From Mobula hypostoma (taxonomy: Eukaryota), in contig NC_086097.1 of NCBI RefSeq assembly GCF_963921235.1, positions 203,362,001 to 203,426,000 on the forward strand: a stretch of DNA of 64,000 bases, in the 5' to 3' direction. Position numbers and translations under genes: made by a program. Of the stretch, positions 51,171 to 62,249 are shown piece by piece (positions within the stretch are counted from its first letter, which is position 1; every line of letters starts with the position of its first letter). A model generated the notes under the pieces. The model searched no databases. It had not been told where the DNA came from and saw only the letters and a program-made list of their open reading frames with translations.

Positions 51171-51761
51171 CTTTAACTGTCCAATAAAAAAGAAAGAAAG
51201 AATAAACCATGAAAAAAATCTGCCTACAATCTATCTTAGAACTTCCCAGTTTGACTGTAGTAAGTTACTACTTTTGTTGATGAATTAAACAGTGATCAGA
51301 TATAGATTAATAATAAATATTAATGTTTTTAATGGTATCATTTGAACAATGATGTCTGTTTGCTTTTCTCAGAATTTCTTTAACTGAGATAGTAATCAAT
51401 AGACCTTCAATACAAGAACTAACATTAAATAGGAAATGTTGCCTTGCGTTGCAGTAAAGGGTAAAGGATAATTTGATAGTCTTAATTTTAGTGGATTTTT
51501 CAAATAAAACTTTTATCTTCATTTACAAGTGGCAAATCAATTATGAATATTAGTAACTCTATTGATTCAATGTTTATTGTCATACCTATGCTCTTTTATT
51601 ATGTTGTGAAGTGTTGAACAAGCTTACAAAGAGTAAAGTTCCAACAAATATGACGGATTTTTCTAATAGTTACTATACATTTTTGTGGAGAAAACTGCCA
51701 ATCATCTGACATTTTATTTTTAAAAGAAGTACTGTCTTTAATGTCCCTTAAAATTGTTATA

Positions 51762-52268
51762 GCTAGTGGAGATGGTGGGGATAATCTCCCACTACCTTTT
51801 AAATGCTCCCAATGGAGTGCATCGCAATTAGCCTCTGCCAACTTAGTCCAGCTCCTGACTCCTCAGCCTGGTGGAACTCTGAACTGATAGGAGAAGGGGC
51901 AAAGGTGGGTTATTGGCACCTTAAAACCAGTCGCTTTGAGCAGATGGGGTTCATTGAAGGAAAACTCTGATCTCAAACCTCCGCTGTCTTGCGGCTATAC
52001 CGACTCATGGGGAAGGCTTCAGCAGTAAACTCCAAGAAAAAATTTGGAGCTCTAGTCCCTAAGGTAGTCCTATGTTTGGTGCCAGAATGTATCGGTCTCT
52101 ACTGTTCCTTTGGACTCATCAGCTGCATGGGGAGTGGGAGACTACTGCCTGGGCAACAGCCTGCTCTCCATATCTATTGTACTGCCTTAGCTTGCGTACT
52201 AGTTTGCATATCACATAGACAGCTAGGATGCAATATCCATGATTGACTCTGACCAATGGAGGGCCTCA
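51762..52268. repeat. Unclassified interspersed repeat
   Basis: Abrupt GC-richer block within AT-rich DNA. No motif assigned. Confidence 0.35.
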
Positions 52269-52479
52269 AAAATGTGTCCTCACCACAGTTCTTTTACAGC
52301 CAATTTAGCCGATACTACACTAGTTTATTTTAACATTGAAAGAGTGTACAGTTGCACACATTTAGGTATATAATATATACGTTTACAGGTTCATGCCAAA
52401 CTATGGATATTCGCAGTCTTTGACGCCTTCTTGTACCCTTTTAGAATCCACATCATATCTCTCTCGGTTGTTGAGTTCA

Positions 52480-53240
52480 CCACCTCTTCCCAACACTTAA
52501 GTGTATTCTTTTGTACACCAAACATATATGACAAATTGGTTTAAACTGCACCATATCAAGACTGTTTACTGGCTTGAGGAAAGTATTATATGCTGCTCCT
52601 GTGTAAACCTGTAATATCTCTGGGTGCAATTGCACCAATGTCCTAGAATGGATAACATTTGTGGGAGTTCCTTTCACAGAGCTGATTTTATTTGACACTA
52701 AATAGATTGTGTTCAATTGATAATTCTGAATGTAACCCTGCCCCTTCTTTGAATGTCTCATCTTGTCCATTCTTGAGATGCATATTGTTTGTGGGAATTA
52801 TTTTCCCTTCTAAATTTCCCATGTAGAAAGCAATTCATTTACAGCCACTCATATTCTATTCATTATCCATTATATTTGCAGTATCTAAGCAACCATAGAT
52901 AATCTTTCCCTATTCTGCCTTTTGAATCATGCTTCATTATATGTATCTCCCCCATCTAATATTTTTAGATTGGCTCTGCGAAGCCTTGCAGTTCTGTTTA
53001 CTTGCGTGCTCTTATTTCTGAGTTAACACTGTCTCATATAGCAGCCGTTTTCTCAGGCTGGTCTCCTGGATTCCAAAAATAACCCCATCTCTGATGAGTG
53101 ACTCCTTTAAATCTACAAAATTACAATTATCTGTTAAAACCCTTGATTCTGTAAAAGAAATATGATGTGAAAAATGAGCGACCGTGTATTTTTGCTAGGT
53201 AGGTTGCAATTTTTGCTTGTAGAGCATACAATGCATTTGA
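52480..53240 (-). mobile_element. Highly decayed Gypsy-type LTR retrotransposon gag/protease remnant
   Basis: Minus frame 53152-53000 reads TESRVLTDNCNFVDLKESLIRDGVIFGIQETSLRKRLLYETVLTQK (Gag 'C-F...IRD...G....LRxRLL....LT' pattern). VYTGAAYN at ~52585-52608 resembles the protease DTGAxxN motif. Confidence 0.6.
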
Positions 53241-54179
53241 GGATCTTATGATGTGATATAATTCTCTGTCATTGTGACCAAAAGGACACAGTAACGTCCC
53301 TTCTTTCATGTGGTCTAGTTTATCTTCTATATCTTCTATAGGTAGAAGAGTGGCCTTTTCCTTTCTTTTGAGACAAGTTAGTTGCCTGCAAATTCCATGA
53401 TTTATTTGCTCCATTGTGTACAATCCCAACTGAATCACACAGATTTGATATTTATCTTTTGATATGTATCAAATACTGTATATCTTCTGATATATTTCTC
53501 TGTTTATCTCAATTGGGAGAATTAGTCTGGGTGTGCAGTATTCTGAATCACCATCTACTGTAATAAATTGTGTACTTTCATCAACCAGCGTATTTGGCAT
53601 CATATCTTAATATCATAACTAATATATTGGAAAACAGATGGTAATCCAAGCTAACAGTGGAGGTCTTTATGAAATTAAGAAATAAAGTTGAGTGACAAAT
53701 TTCTACTTACTTTGGCTACCAGCATAGATTAAGCTGCCTGGCAAGCTCTCCACTAAACAACACTGAGAGCAATCAGTTACCAAGTAAATCTCCAAGCAAT
53801 AGCAATGCTCATGTCTTGTCAAACATGAGCTCAGGTGCATCAAAAGCACCTTTTGAATTTGCACATCTATAAGCTTATGGACCAAACAGTTGTTTAAAAA
53901 ACAGTCTGGGAAGTTCTTCAGCTCAGTCATCTATCCCCTGTTTGCTTTTTCAGGGTTAAAGCTGAAGGGTTGTGGATTTATCTCTTTTGCAAATGCCTAA
54001 TGGTGCTGGTTTAATGCGGTTGCACAGTATTTCGGGAATATAGGTAAATGAGACATCAACTGTGCTAGGTGCATTAAAATGATCCTCATTCTTGCCCTCA
54101 TGAATGGCATAATCAGTTTATTATCGCTTCCTCCTATTCCAATCCAAATGATTTTGTAGAAGTAATATCTCTATGCACT

Positions 54180-54429
54180 CAACATACATCAAAGTTGCTG
54201 GTGAACACAGCAGGCCAAGCAGCATCTATAGGAAGAGGTGCAGTCGACGTTTCAGGCCGAGACCCTTCGTCAGGACTAACTGAAGGAAGAGTGAGTAAGG
54301 GATTTGAAAGTTGGAGGGGGAGGGGGAGATGCAAAATGATAGGAGAAGACAGGAGGGGGAGGGATAGAGCCGAGAGCTGGACAGGTGATAGGCAAAAGGG
54401 GATACGAGAGGATCATGGGACAGGAGGTC
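54180..54429 (-). mobile_element. Penelope 3' UTR/pLTR fragment
   Basis: Nearly identical to ~59776-60022. 10-bp TSD TCTATGCACT (54170-54179, 54428-54437). Confidence 0.92.
54241..54280 (-). ncRNA. Minimal type-I hammerhead ribozyme motif (intact core)
   Basis: Identical 40-nt sequence to 59836-59875. Confidence 0.8.
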
Positions 54430-55149
54430 TATGCACTAATCACTTTGCACATACTGTATTATCATGATGCTTAATCTTCCAATATATCCAACCCAAGTCT
54501 GACTTGGCATTTTCCACAAGCTTCATTTGAGCTCTTAGCTCCCAATGAATAATGCTCTTGATGCTGACAGCCTTACTTTTAATAGATTGAGCTTTGGCAG
54601 GCTTGCATCCTCACCTGCAATATAGCTTTAGGGTTCTAGATGTCGATATAAAGCACTGAACAAATTCATGGTCACAGCTGTCTGTGGCAATGAATTCAAC
54701 ACCCTCTGGGTAAGAAAATTCCTCCTCATCTCTGTTCTAAAGGGACATCCCTCCCTTCTGAGGTTTTGACTTTTCAACCTAGACTCCTCCACAATAGGAA
54801 ACATTCTTTCCACATCTACTATAATACTTCCACAATCTCTTCATCTGCTTCTTTCAGAACCCTAGGCTGTAGTTCATCTGGTCCAGGCGAATTATCTATC
54901 TTCAGACCTTTGACCTTCCGAAGTACGGTACCTTCTCCCAAGTGTTAGCGATTGTACTCACTTCTGCCCCCTGGCACTCTTGAATTTCTGGTATAGTGCT
55001 GGTGTCTTCCACAGTGAAAACTGATGCAAAATTCTTATTAAATTCATCACCATTTTTGTCCCCCATTGCTACCTCTCCAGCATTATTTTCCAGTTGTCCA
55101 GTATCCACTCTTGCCTCTCTTTTATTCTTTATATATCTGAAAATACTTC

Positions 55150-55955
55150 TGGATAAATGTGAGGTTATCCACTTTGGTGGTAAGAACAGGAAGGCAGATT
55201 ATTATCTAAATGGAGTCATTTAGGAAAAGGGGAAGTACAACACAATCTAGGTGTTCTTGTACATCCGTCACTGAAAGCAAGCATGCAAGTACAGCAGGCA
55301 GTGAAGAAAGCTAATGACATGCTGGCCTTCATAACAAGGGGAATTGAGTATAAGAGCAAAGAGGTCCTTCTGCAGCTGCACAGGGCCCTGGTGAGACCAC
55401 ACCTGGAGTACTGTGTGCAGTTTTGGTCTCCAAATTTGAGGAAGGACATTCTTGCTATTGAAGGAGCGCAACGTAGGTTCACAAGGTTGATTCCTGGGAT
55501 GGCGGGACTGTCATATGTTGAAAGATTGGAGTGACTGGGCTTGTATACTCTGGAATTTAGAAGGCTGAGAGGGGATCTGATTGAAACATATAAGATTATT
55601 AAGGGATTGGACAAACTGGAAGCAGGAAGCATGTTCCCACTGATGGGTGAGTCCAGAACCAGAGGCCACAGTTTAAGAATAAGGGGTAGGCCATTTAGAA
55701 CGGAGTTGAGGAAAAACTTTTTCACCCAGAGAGTGGTGGATATATGGAGTGCTCTGCCCCAGAAGGCTGTGGAGGCCAAGTCTCTGGATGCTTTCAAGAA
55801 AGAGATGGATAGAGCTCTTAAAGATAGCGGAATCAAAGGTTATGGGGATAAGGCAGGAACTGGATACTGATTGTGGATGATCAGCCAAGCTCACAGTGAA
55901 TGGTGGTGCTGGCTCGGAGGGCCAAATGGCCTACTCCTGCGCCTATTGTCTATTG
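55150..55955 (+). mobile_element. CR1 LINE 3' end, same subfamily as 23792-25272
   Basis: Highly similar to 24468-25270; (CTATTGT)n tail. Confidence 0.92.
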
Positions 55956-56104
55956 TGTCCTCTTGTTATTTGGCTAGTTTATGTTCATATTTCATCTTTT
56001 CCCTCATAACCTTTTAGTTGCCTTCCGTTGGTTTTTAAAAGCTTAGCAATCCTCTAACTTCCCTTTAATTTTTTGTATAATATAACCTCTCTTTTGCTTT
56101 TATG

Positions 56105-57204
56105 TGTCATGGTCTGGACCGTGAGGTCTGCATTCCGGTTCACGGTCCGGTCCATCAACCCTTGCTCCAGGTTTCCCTGTCTACCCTGCTTCTGTTCCTG
56201 TTGAGCACGAATTGAGGCAGCTGATTCTCATTGGGGCTGACTGCATAAATATCTCCAGAGACCAGGGCGTGGCTGCTGGATTGTTCTTGTCCCTTCCCCT
56301 GCCTTCTGTTTCCTCACCTGAAGCCCTGCCTTGTCTTGCCGGTAACTTTCGCCTCGCTTCGCCTGTAGTCTTGTCTTGGAGCCACCCTGTACCTAGCTCT
56401 CTTCCTGTCCCTTGCCTCCGCCGGGTAAGTCAGGCCATCTTGCTGTTACCCTGCGGTTGGTTCTGTCCCTTCCTGTCCTTTGCCTCTGTCGGGTAAGCCA
56501 GGCCAGAGTGCCATTACCCTGTGGTGGGTCCTGTCCCTTCCTGTCCCTTGCTTTCCTAGGGTAAGCCAGGCCAGATTGCCGTTACCCTGTGGTGGGTCCT
56601 GTCCCTTCCTGTCCCTTGCCTCTGTCGGGTAAGTCAGGCCAGATTGCCGTTACCCTGTGGTGGGTCCTGTCCCTTCCTGTCCCTTGCCTCTGTCGGGTAA
56701 GTCAGGCCAGATTGCCGTTACCCTGCAGTGGGTTCTGTCCCTTCCTGTCCCTTGCCTCCGTTGGGTGGAGATCTGCGTCCTACCCAGGAGTACTGCGCTC
56801 TGCCCAGGAGGAGCTTCAAGACCCCAAGCCTCTAGCCAAGCCTTGCCTCTAGTCTCTAGCCAAGCCTTGCCTCTGGTCTCCAGCCTTGCCTCGCCTTTGG
56901 TCTCCAGCCTTGCCTCACCTCAAGCCTGAAGACTCCAGCCTCGTCCTGCCTGCCAGCCAAATCACGTACTTGCCTAGTTCTGGGGTCCGAGCCAGAGGCA
57001 AGACCCGGGTTCTGGGTCCTTGTCCAGTCTCTGGCTCGGAGTCCAAGCCCGGGCTCCTAGCTCTCTTGTCCAGTCCTGTTCCAGGTTCCCGGTTTTCGTG
57101 TCCATGTCCTAGCCCTCACCCTCACCCTGTATCCTAGCCTGTCTCTAGTACTTCAGTGTCTGTGTCTTGCACTTAGGTCTGTCTGCAGCCACCACCTTAT
57201 GACA
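56105..57204. mobile_element. Solo LTR (1100 bp) inserted in a CR1
   Basis: TGTCAT...ATGACA termini. 5-bp TSD TTATG/CTATG (1 mismatch). CR1 sequence resumes on both sides. TATA-like CATAAATA near 56243. Confidence 0.8.
56400..56765. repeat. 68-bp tandem minisatellite (~5 copies) inside the LTR
   Basis: Unit ccctgtggtgggtcctgtcccttcctgtcccttgcctctgtcgggtaagtcaggccagattgccgtta. A 24-bp repeat (ctctagccaagccttgcctctagt) follows at ~56830-56915. Confidence 0.9.
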
Positions 57205-57772
57205 CTATGCTGTCTGAATTATTTTGTCAGCCAAAGTTGTTTCATCCTCCCTTTAGAATACTTCTTATTTTTTTAAGACATGTCTATCCTGCGCCTCCAG
57301 AATTGCTCCCCAGAACTCTGGCCATTGGTGTTCTGCCGTCATCTCTGCTAGTGTCCCCTTCCAATCAACTTTGGACAACTTCTCCCTCATGCCTCTATAA
57401 TTCTTGTTACTCCACTTCAATAGAGTCACAGAGTCATAGACAATTACAGCACAGAAACAGGCCCTTTAGCCCATCTAGTCCATGTAAGGATAAGAGATTT
57501 AAAGAGGTACTGGGGAGGAGTACATTGATTTGGGTGACATTTAAGAAGTGTCTAGCTGATCACTTGAATTGCTTATACATGGGTCAAGTATGGGATGATT
57601 GGATTAATGCAGATGGATGTTCATTTGTCAGCATAGGCATGTGGGCTGAATAGCCTGCTCCCTTGCTCTATGAGTCTGTGAGTACTGGACTGAAATGGTA
57701 GCCTGGTATACATGTGTACAAGTTTCTGGAGGAAATTGATTCAAAGTCAAAACCCAGCCCCGTGTAGACAGT

Positions 57773-57993
57773 CACAAGGAATTCTGCAGATGCTGGAAAT
57801 TCAAGCAACACACATCAAAGTTGCTAGGGAACACAGCAGGCCAGGCAGTATCTCTAGGAAGAAGTACAATCGAGACCCTTTCAGGCCGAGACTCTTTGTC
57901 AGGATGAACAGTCTCGACCCGAAATGTCAACTGTACCTCTTCCTAGAGATGCTACCTGGCCTGCTGCATTCACCAGCAACTTTGATGTGTGTT
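57773..57993. mobile_element. Fold-back (inverted) pair of Penelope pLTR tails
   Basis: 57807-57900 is an imperfect reverse complement of ~57905-57993. Both arms match the pLTR. Confidence 0.85.
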
Positions 57994-59835
57994 CCATGTG
58001 CTCTTCTTATTTGCCCTACCATAAGGTGCATGCATCCCCTTGTTCTTTGAGATAGCCCTTTCCTGTCTGTCACAATTCATTCAGGCTGGTAATGTTATAA
58101 CATGCTGAATTCTATGCCACTTTGGCAGGGCAATATTCAGGTCCATTGCTTTTAGGGTTGTCCATGACCTTCATATTCCAGCTCCCAAAATTCACATTGT
58201 GGAGTGGAGGTGATTTATTTTAGCATGTGATCATGAGTGCAGAAGTGTTACCACACGGACTCAACAGAGCAAGGTCTTGATGCAGTACAAGACAACTCGA
58301 GACCAGAATCCAGACTGTGGTGCATTTCTGACTAACTCGTACACCACAGCTATGTGTACAAGGATTATGAAGTGTACTTTTTTACAATATCATCAAGGCT
58401 GTTTTGCAGAAAAAACAGGGTCTAAAGTAATGATCAGCTGTACTGTTCAACCATGGGATAAGGGATAAGTACTTGATGAACTCTACTTAATTTCTAGTTG
58501 AGATGTAAAATTTACAAAATTTCAAATTTGTTGTGAAAATTAAAAGTAAAATTGCAGGTGCTAGAAATCTGAAACAAATCAAAAAATGCTGGAAAACTTG
58601 GCGCCACCTTTAGCGGGAGAAACATTTTGTGTCTGCAATCCTTTGCCACATAAGGTCACAGAACTGAAATATTGACTGTTCCCTCTTTCTAAGGGTGTTT
58701 CCTGACCATGTGTGCTTCCAAGCTTTTGTAATGCCTCGTCTGCAAATAGCCCTCCTCCATCACTGGACTGAGATATCAGCCTGGATTATCTACTCAGAAC
58801 TCTGAAGAAGGATTTGAGAAGCTCAAGTGACCCAACGGAGAAAGAGAGTCAGGTTAACATTTCAAGATTCACGTGGATTGGAGTATGTGGACTGTTGAGT
58901 CCAACAGGAAGGTGCAGGAGAGGAGGGTAAAGTCAGAGATGGGACATTGCAGGGTTATTGGATTTTGAGGAATTTGTGTGGATTCAAGGAGTGATGTCCC
59001 AAAGGCAAAGGTATGTAATGCGTGTAGCTAAATGGATGTCTTAGGCCAGCAGATATCCATATTATCCTACGAATGTTCGAACAATAGATTCTCCAGGCAA
59101 ACCATAGTGCAAGTTCTTGGAAATGTTCCAAAAGGAGTATGGCCTGGTGTGAAAATTAAATAAATGTGTTAATGTTGAGTCAAGAATGACACCGAAGAGC
59201 AGAATCCTCAATGGCTGGACATCAGATTAAACTCTTTGGTATAATTGGTAGTGTGAGGGAGGGATCAGCAGTAATTCTTCTTTCAGTGAAGAATTCTTCC
59301 TTCAACTGGGATATAGCATTCAGAAAACTGCATTAACAGAATTTCCATGTTTCAAAAATAGAATCCCATGACTCTGTTTTGGAAGTATTCAAGACATTTT
59401 AAAAGTATATTTTTTTATAAACATGGAAATTAGGGGCCTGAGTTGACCATACAGCTTGGTACTGGTACCTCAAAGGAGGCTATAGATAAATGAAAACTTT
59501 AGAATAACATCGGCTACTTTTCCCTTTGATTTTGATGACACTTGGCAACAAAGTTTTAGAGGTTACTTTATCATGAGGGATAACATAACAAGGTTTATTT
59601 GCACTGAATAATTAACCTTCTTGAATTTTGTGGAGATCTAGATGAGGATGGGAAAAAGTTTTTACCTTCTCTGATAAAGTAGTCTGTAATGAATTGTAGT
59701 TCAAGTTTAATTATCATTCAACCATACATGAATACAGCCAACAACAGGAATTCTGCAGATGCTGGAAATTCAAGCAACACACATAAAAGTTGCTGGTGAA
59801 CACAGCAGGACAGGCAGCATTTCTAGGAAGAGGTG

Positions 59836-59875
59836 CAGTCGACGTTTCAGGCCGAGACCCTTCGTCAGGACTAAC
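59836..59875 (-). ncRNA. Minimal type-I hammerhead ribozyme motif in Penelope pLTR (intact core)
   Basis: Minus strand reads GUUAGUC-CUGACGA-AGG GUCUCGG CCU-GAAA-CG-UC/GACUG: stem I AGUC:GACU, CUGANGA, stem II AGG:CCU, GAAA, palindromic ACGU in place of stem III, GUC cleavage triplet. Confidence 0.8.
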
Positions 59876-60165
59876 TGAAGGAAGAGTGAGTAAGGGATTT
59901 GAAAGTTGGAGGGGGAGGGGGAGATCCAAAATGATAGGAGAAGACAGGAGGGGGAGGGATAGAGCCAAGAGCTGGACAGGTGATTGGCAAAAGGGATACG
60001 AGAGGATCATGGGACAGGAGGTCCGGGAAGAAAGACAAGGGGGGGGGAACCCAGAGGATGGGCAAGGGGTATATTCAGAGGGACAGAGGGAGAAAAAGGA
60101 GAGTGAGAGAAAGAATGTGTGTATAAAAATAAGTAACAGATGGGGTATGAGGGGGAGGTGGGGCA

Positions 60166-61944
60166 TTAGCGGAAGTTAGAGAAGTCGATGTTCATGCCAT
60201 CAGGTTGGAGGCTACCCAGATGGAATATAAGGTGTTGTTCCTCCAACCTGAGTGTAGCTTCATCTTTACAGTAGAGGAGGCCGTGGATAGACTTGTCAGA
60301 ATGGGAATGGGATGTGGAATTAAAATGTGTGGCCACTGGGAGATCCTGCTTTCTCTGGCGGACAGAGCGTAGATGTTCAGCAAAGCGGTCTCCCAGTCTG
60401 TGTCGGGTCTCGCCAATATATAAAAGGCCACATCGGGAGCACTGGACGCAGTATATCACCCCAGCCGACTCACAGGTGAAGTGTTGCCTCACCTGGAAGG
60501 ACAGTTTGGGGCCCTGAATGGTGGTAAGGGAGGAAGTGTAACGGCATGTGTAGCACTTGTTCCGCTTACACGGATAAGTGCCTGGAGGGAGATCAGTGGG
60601 GAGGGATGGGGGGGACAAATGGACAAGGGAGTTGCGTAGGGAGCGATCCCTGCGGAATGCAGAGAGAGGGGGTGAGGGAAAGATGTGCTTAGTGGTGGGA
60701 TCCCGTTGGAGGTGGCGGAAGTTACGGAGAATAATATGTTGGACCCGGAGGCTGGTGGGGTGGTAGGTGAGGACCAGGGGAACCCTATTCCTAGTGGGGT
60801 GGCGGGAGGATGGAGTGAGAGCAGATGTACGTGAAATGGGGGAGATGCGTTTAAGAGCAGAGTTGATAGTGGAGGAAGGGAAGCCCCTTTCTTTAAAAAA
60901 GGAAGACATCTCCCTCGTCCTAGAATGAAAAGCCTCATCCTGAGAGCAGATGCGGCGGAGACGGAGGAATTGCGAGAAGGGGATGGCGTTTTTGCAAGAG
61001 GCAGGGTGAGAAGAGGAATAGTCCAGATAGCTGTGACAGTCAGTAGGCTTATAGTAGACATCAGTGGATAAGCTGTCTGCAGAGACAGCGACAGAAAGAT
61101 CTAGAAAGGGGAGGGAGGTGTCGGAAATGGACCAGGTCAACTTGAGGGCAGGGTGAAAGTTGGAGGCAAAGTTAATAAAGTCAACGAGCTCTGCATGCGT
61201 GCAGGAAGCAGCGCCAATGCAGTCGTCGATGTAGTGAAGGAAAAGTGGGGGACAGATACCAGAATAGGCATGGAATATAGATTGTTCCACAAAGCCAACA
61301 AAAAGGCAGGCATAGCTAGGACCCATACGTGTTCCCATAGCTACACCTTTAGTTTGGAGGAAGTGGGAGGAGCAAAAGGAGAAATTATTAAGAGTAAGGA
61401 CTAATTCCGCTAGACGGAGCAGAGTGGTGGTAGAGGGGAACTGATTAGGTCTGGAATCCAAAAAGAAACGTAGAGCTTTGAGACCTTCCTGATGGGGGAT
61501 GGAAGTATATAGGGACTGGACATCCATGGTGAAAATAAAGCGGTGGGGGCCAGGGAACTTAAAATCATCGAAAAGTTTAAGAGCGTGAGAAGTGTCACGA
61601 ACATAGGTCGGAAGGGATTGAACAAGGGGGGATAAAACCGTGTCGAGGTATGCAGAAACGAATTCAGTGGGGCAGGAGCAAGCTGAGACAATAGGTCGGC
61701 CAGGACAGGCAGGTTTGTGGATCTTGGGTAGGAGGTAGAAACGGGAAGTGCGAGGTGTGGGAACTATAAGGTTGGTAGCAGTGGATGGGAGATCCCCTGA
61801 GCGGATAAACTCGGTGATGGTGTGGGAGACAATGGCCTGGTGCTCCTTAGTGGGGTCACGATCAAGGGGTAAATAAGAGGAGGTATCCGCGAGTTGTCGC
61901 TGTGCCTCGGCAAGGTAGAGGTCAGAACGCCAGACTACAACAGC
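60166..61944 (-). pseudogene. Penelope RT-GIY-YIG polyprotein frame, N-terminally truncated but stop-free (~590 codons)
   Basis: Motifs FYLLPKIHK, GRPIVS, MDVQSLYTSIP, QTKGVAMG, YIDD, Cys cluster CKRNKCYTC, VIYCVQCSRCGLLYIGET...RFAEH. The first ~23 aa of the track ORF come from flanking DNA and start at TTG. Confidence 0.92.
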
Positions 61945-62190
61945 CAAATATGAATGAATACAGCCAAACTGAACACCATTCCTTTGGGGCCAAGGTGGAG
62001 AACACTGTACCAACAGTCATACAAAGCACAAATAGCAGATATAAGATAGCAAGTAAACATACATTCATGCAAAAATCATACATCCTGAATCAAAAATCCT
62101 GAGTGACATGTCCTGTAAATTGATGGTGCATGGGTGTTATTGGCAAGTAAAAAACAGTCCTTGGCAGTCTGCAGATGAACGAACATACAT

Positions 62191-62191
<1 letters not shown>

Positions 62192-62245
<54 letters not shown>
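62192..62245. repeat. (CA)27 microsatellite
   Basis: Direct read. Confidence 0.95.

Positions 62246-62249
<4 letters not shown>

Larger units (their letters stand above)
54680..57420 (-). mobile_element. CR1 LINE broken by a + strand CR1 and a solo LTR
   Basis: Pieces ~54680-55150, 55956-56104 and 57205-57420 are collinear with the reverse complement of 16330-17250. Confidence 0.78.
59742..61944 (-). mobile_element. Penelope-like retroelement (probably Neptune type), 5'-truncated, with 3' UTR/pLTR
   Basis: RT + GIY-YIG frame, pyrimidine-rich 3' UTR and hammerhead motif. Flanked by a 14-bp direct repeat ATGAATACAGCCAA (59728-59741, 61954-61967). Confidence 0.93.

Noticed and set aside
51300..53900. 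Possible endogenous non-retroviral viral element
   Set aside because: The only interpretable motifs are Gypsy Gag/protease-like; nothing virus-specific was found.
56400..56765. Regular repeat array resembling CRISPR
   Set aside because: Head-to-tail tandem units with no unique spacers, eukaryotic context, no cas genes.
59714..60179. Pro/Leu-rich 130-150 aa ORFs on both strands (also 31072-31512)
   Set aside because: By-products of the low-complexity Penelope 3' UTR; frames are not preserved between copies.
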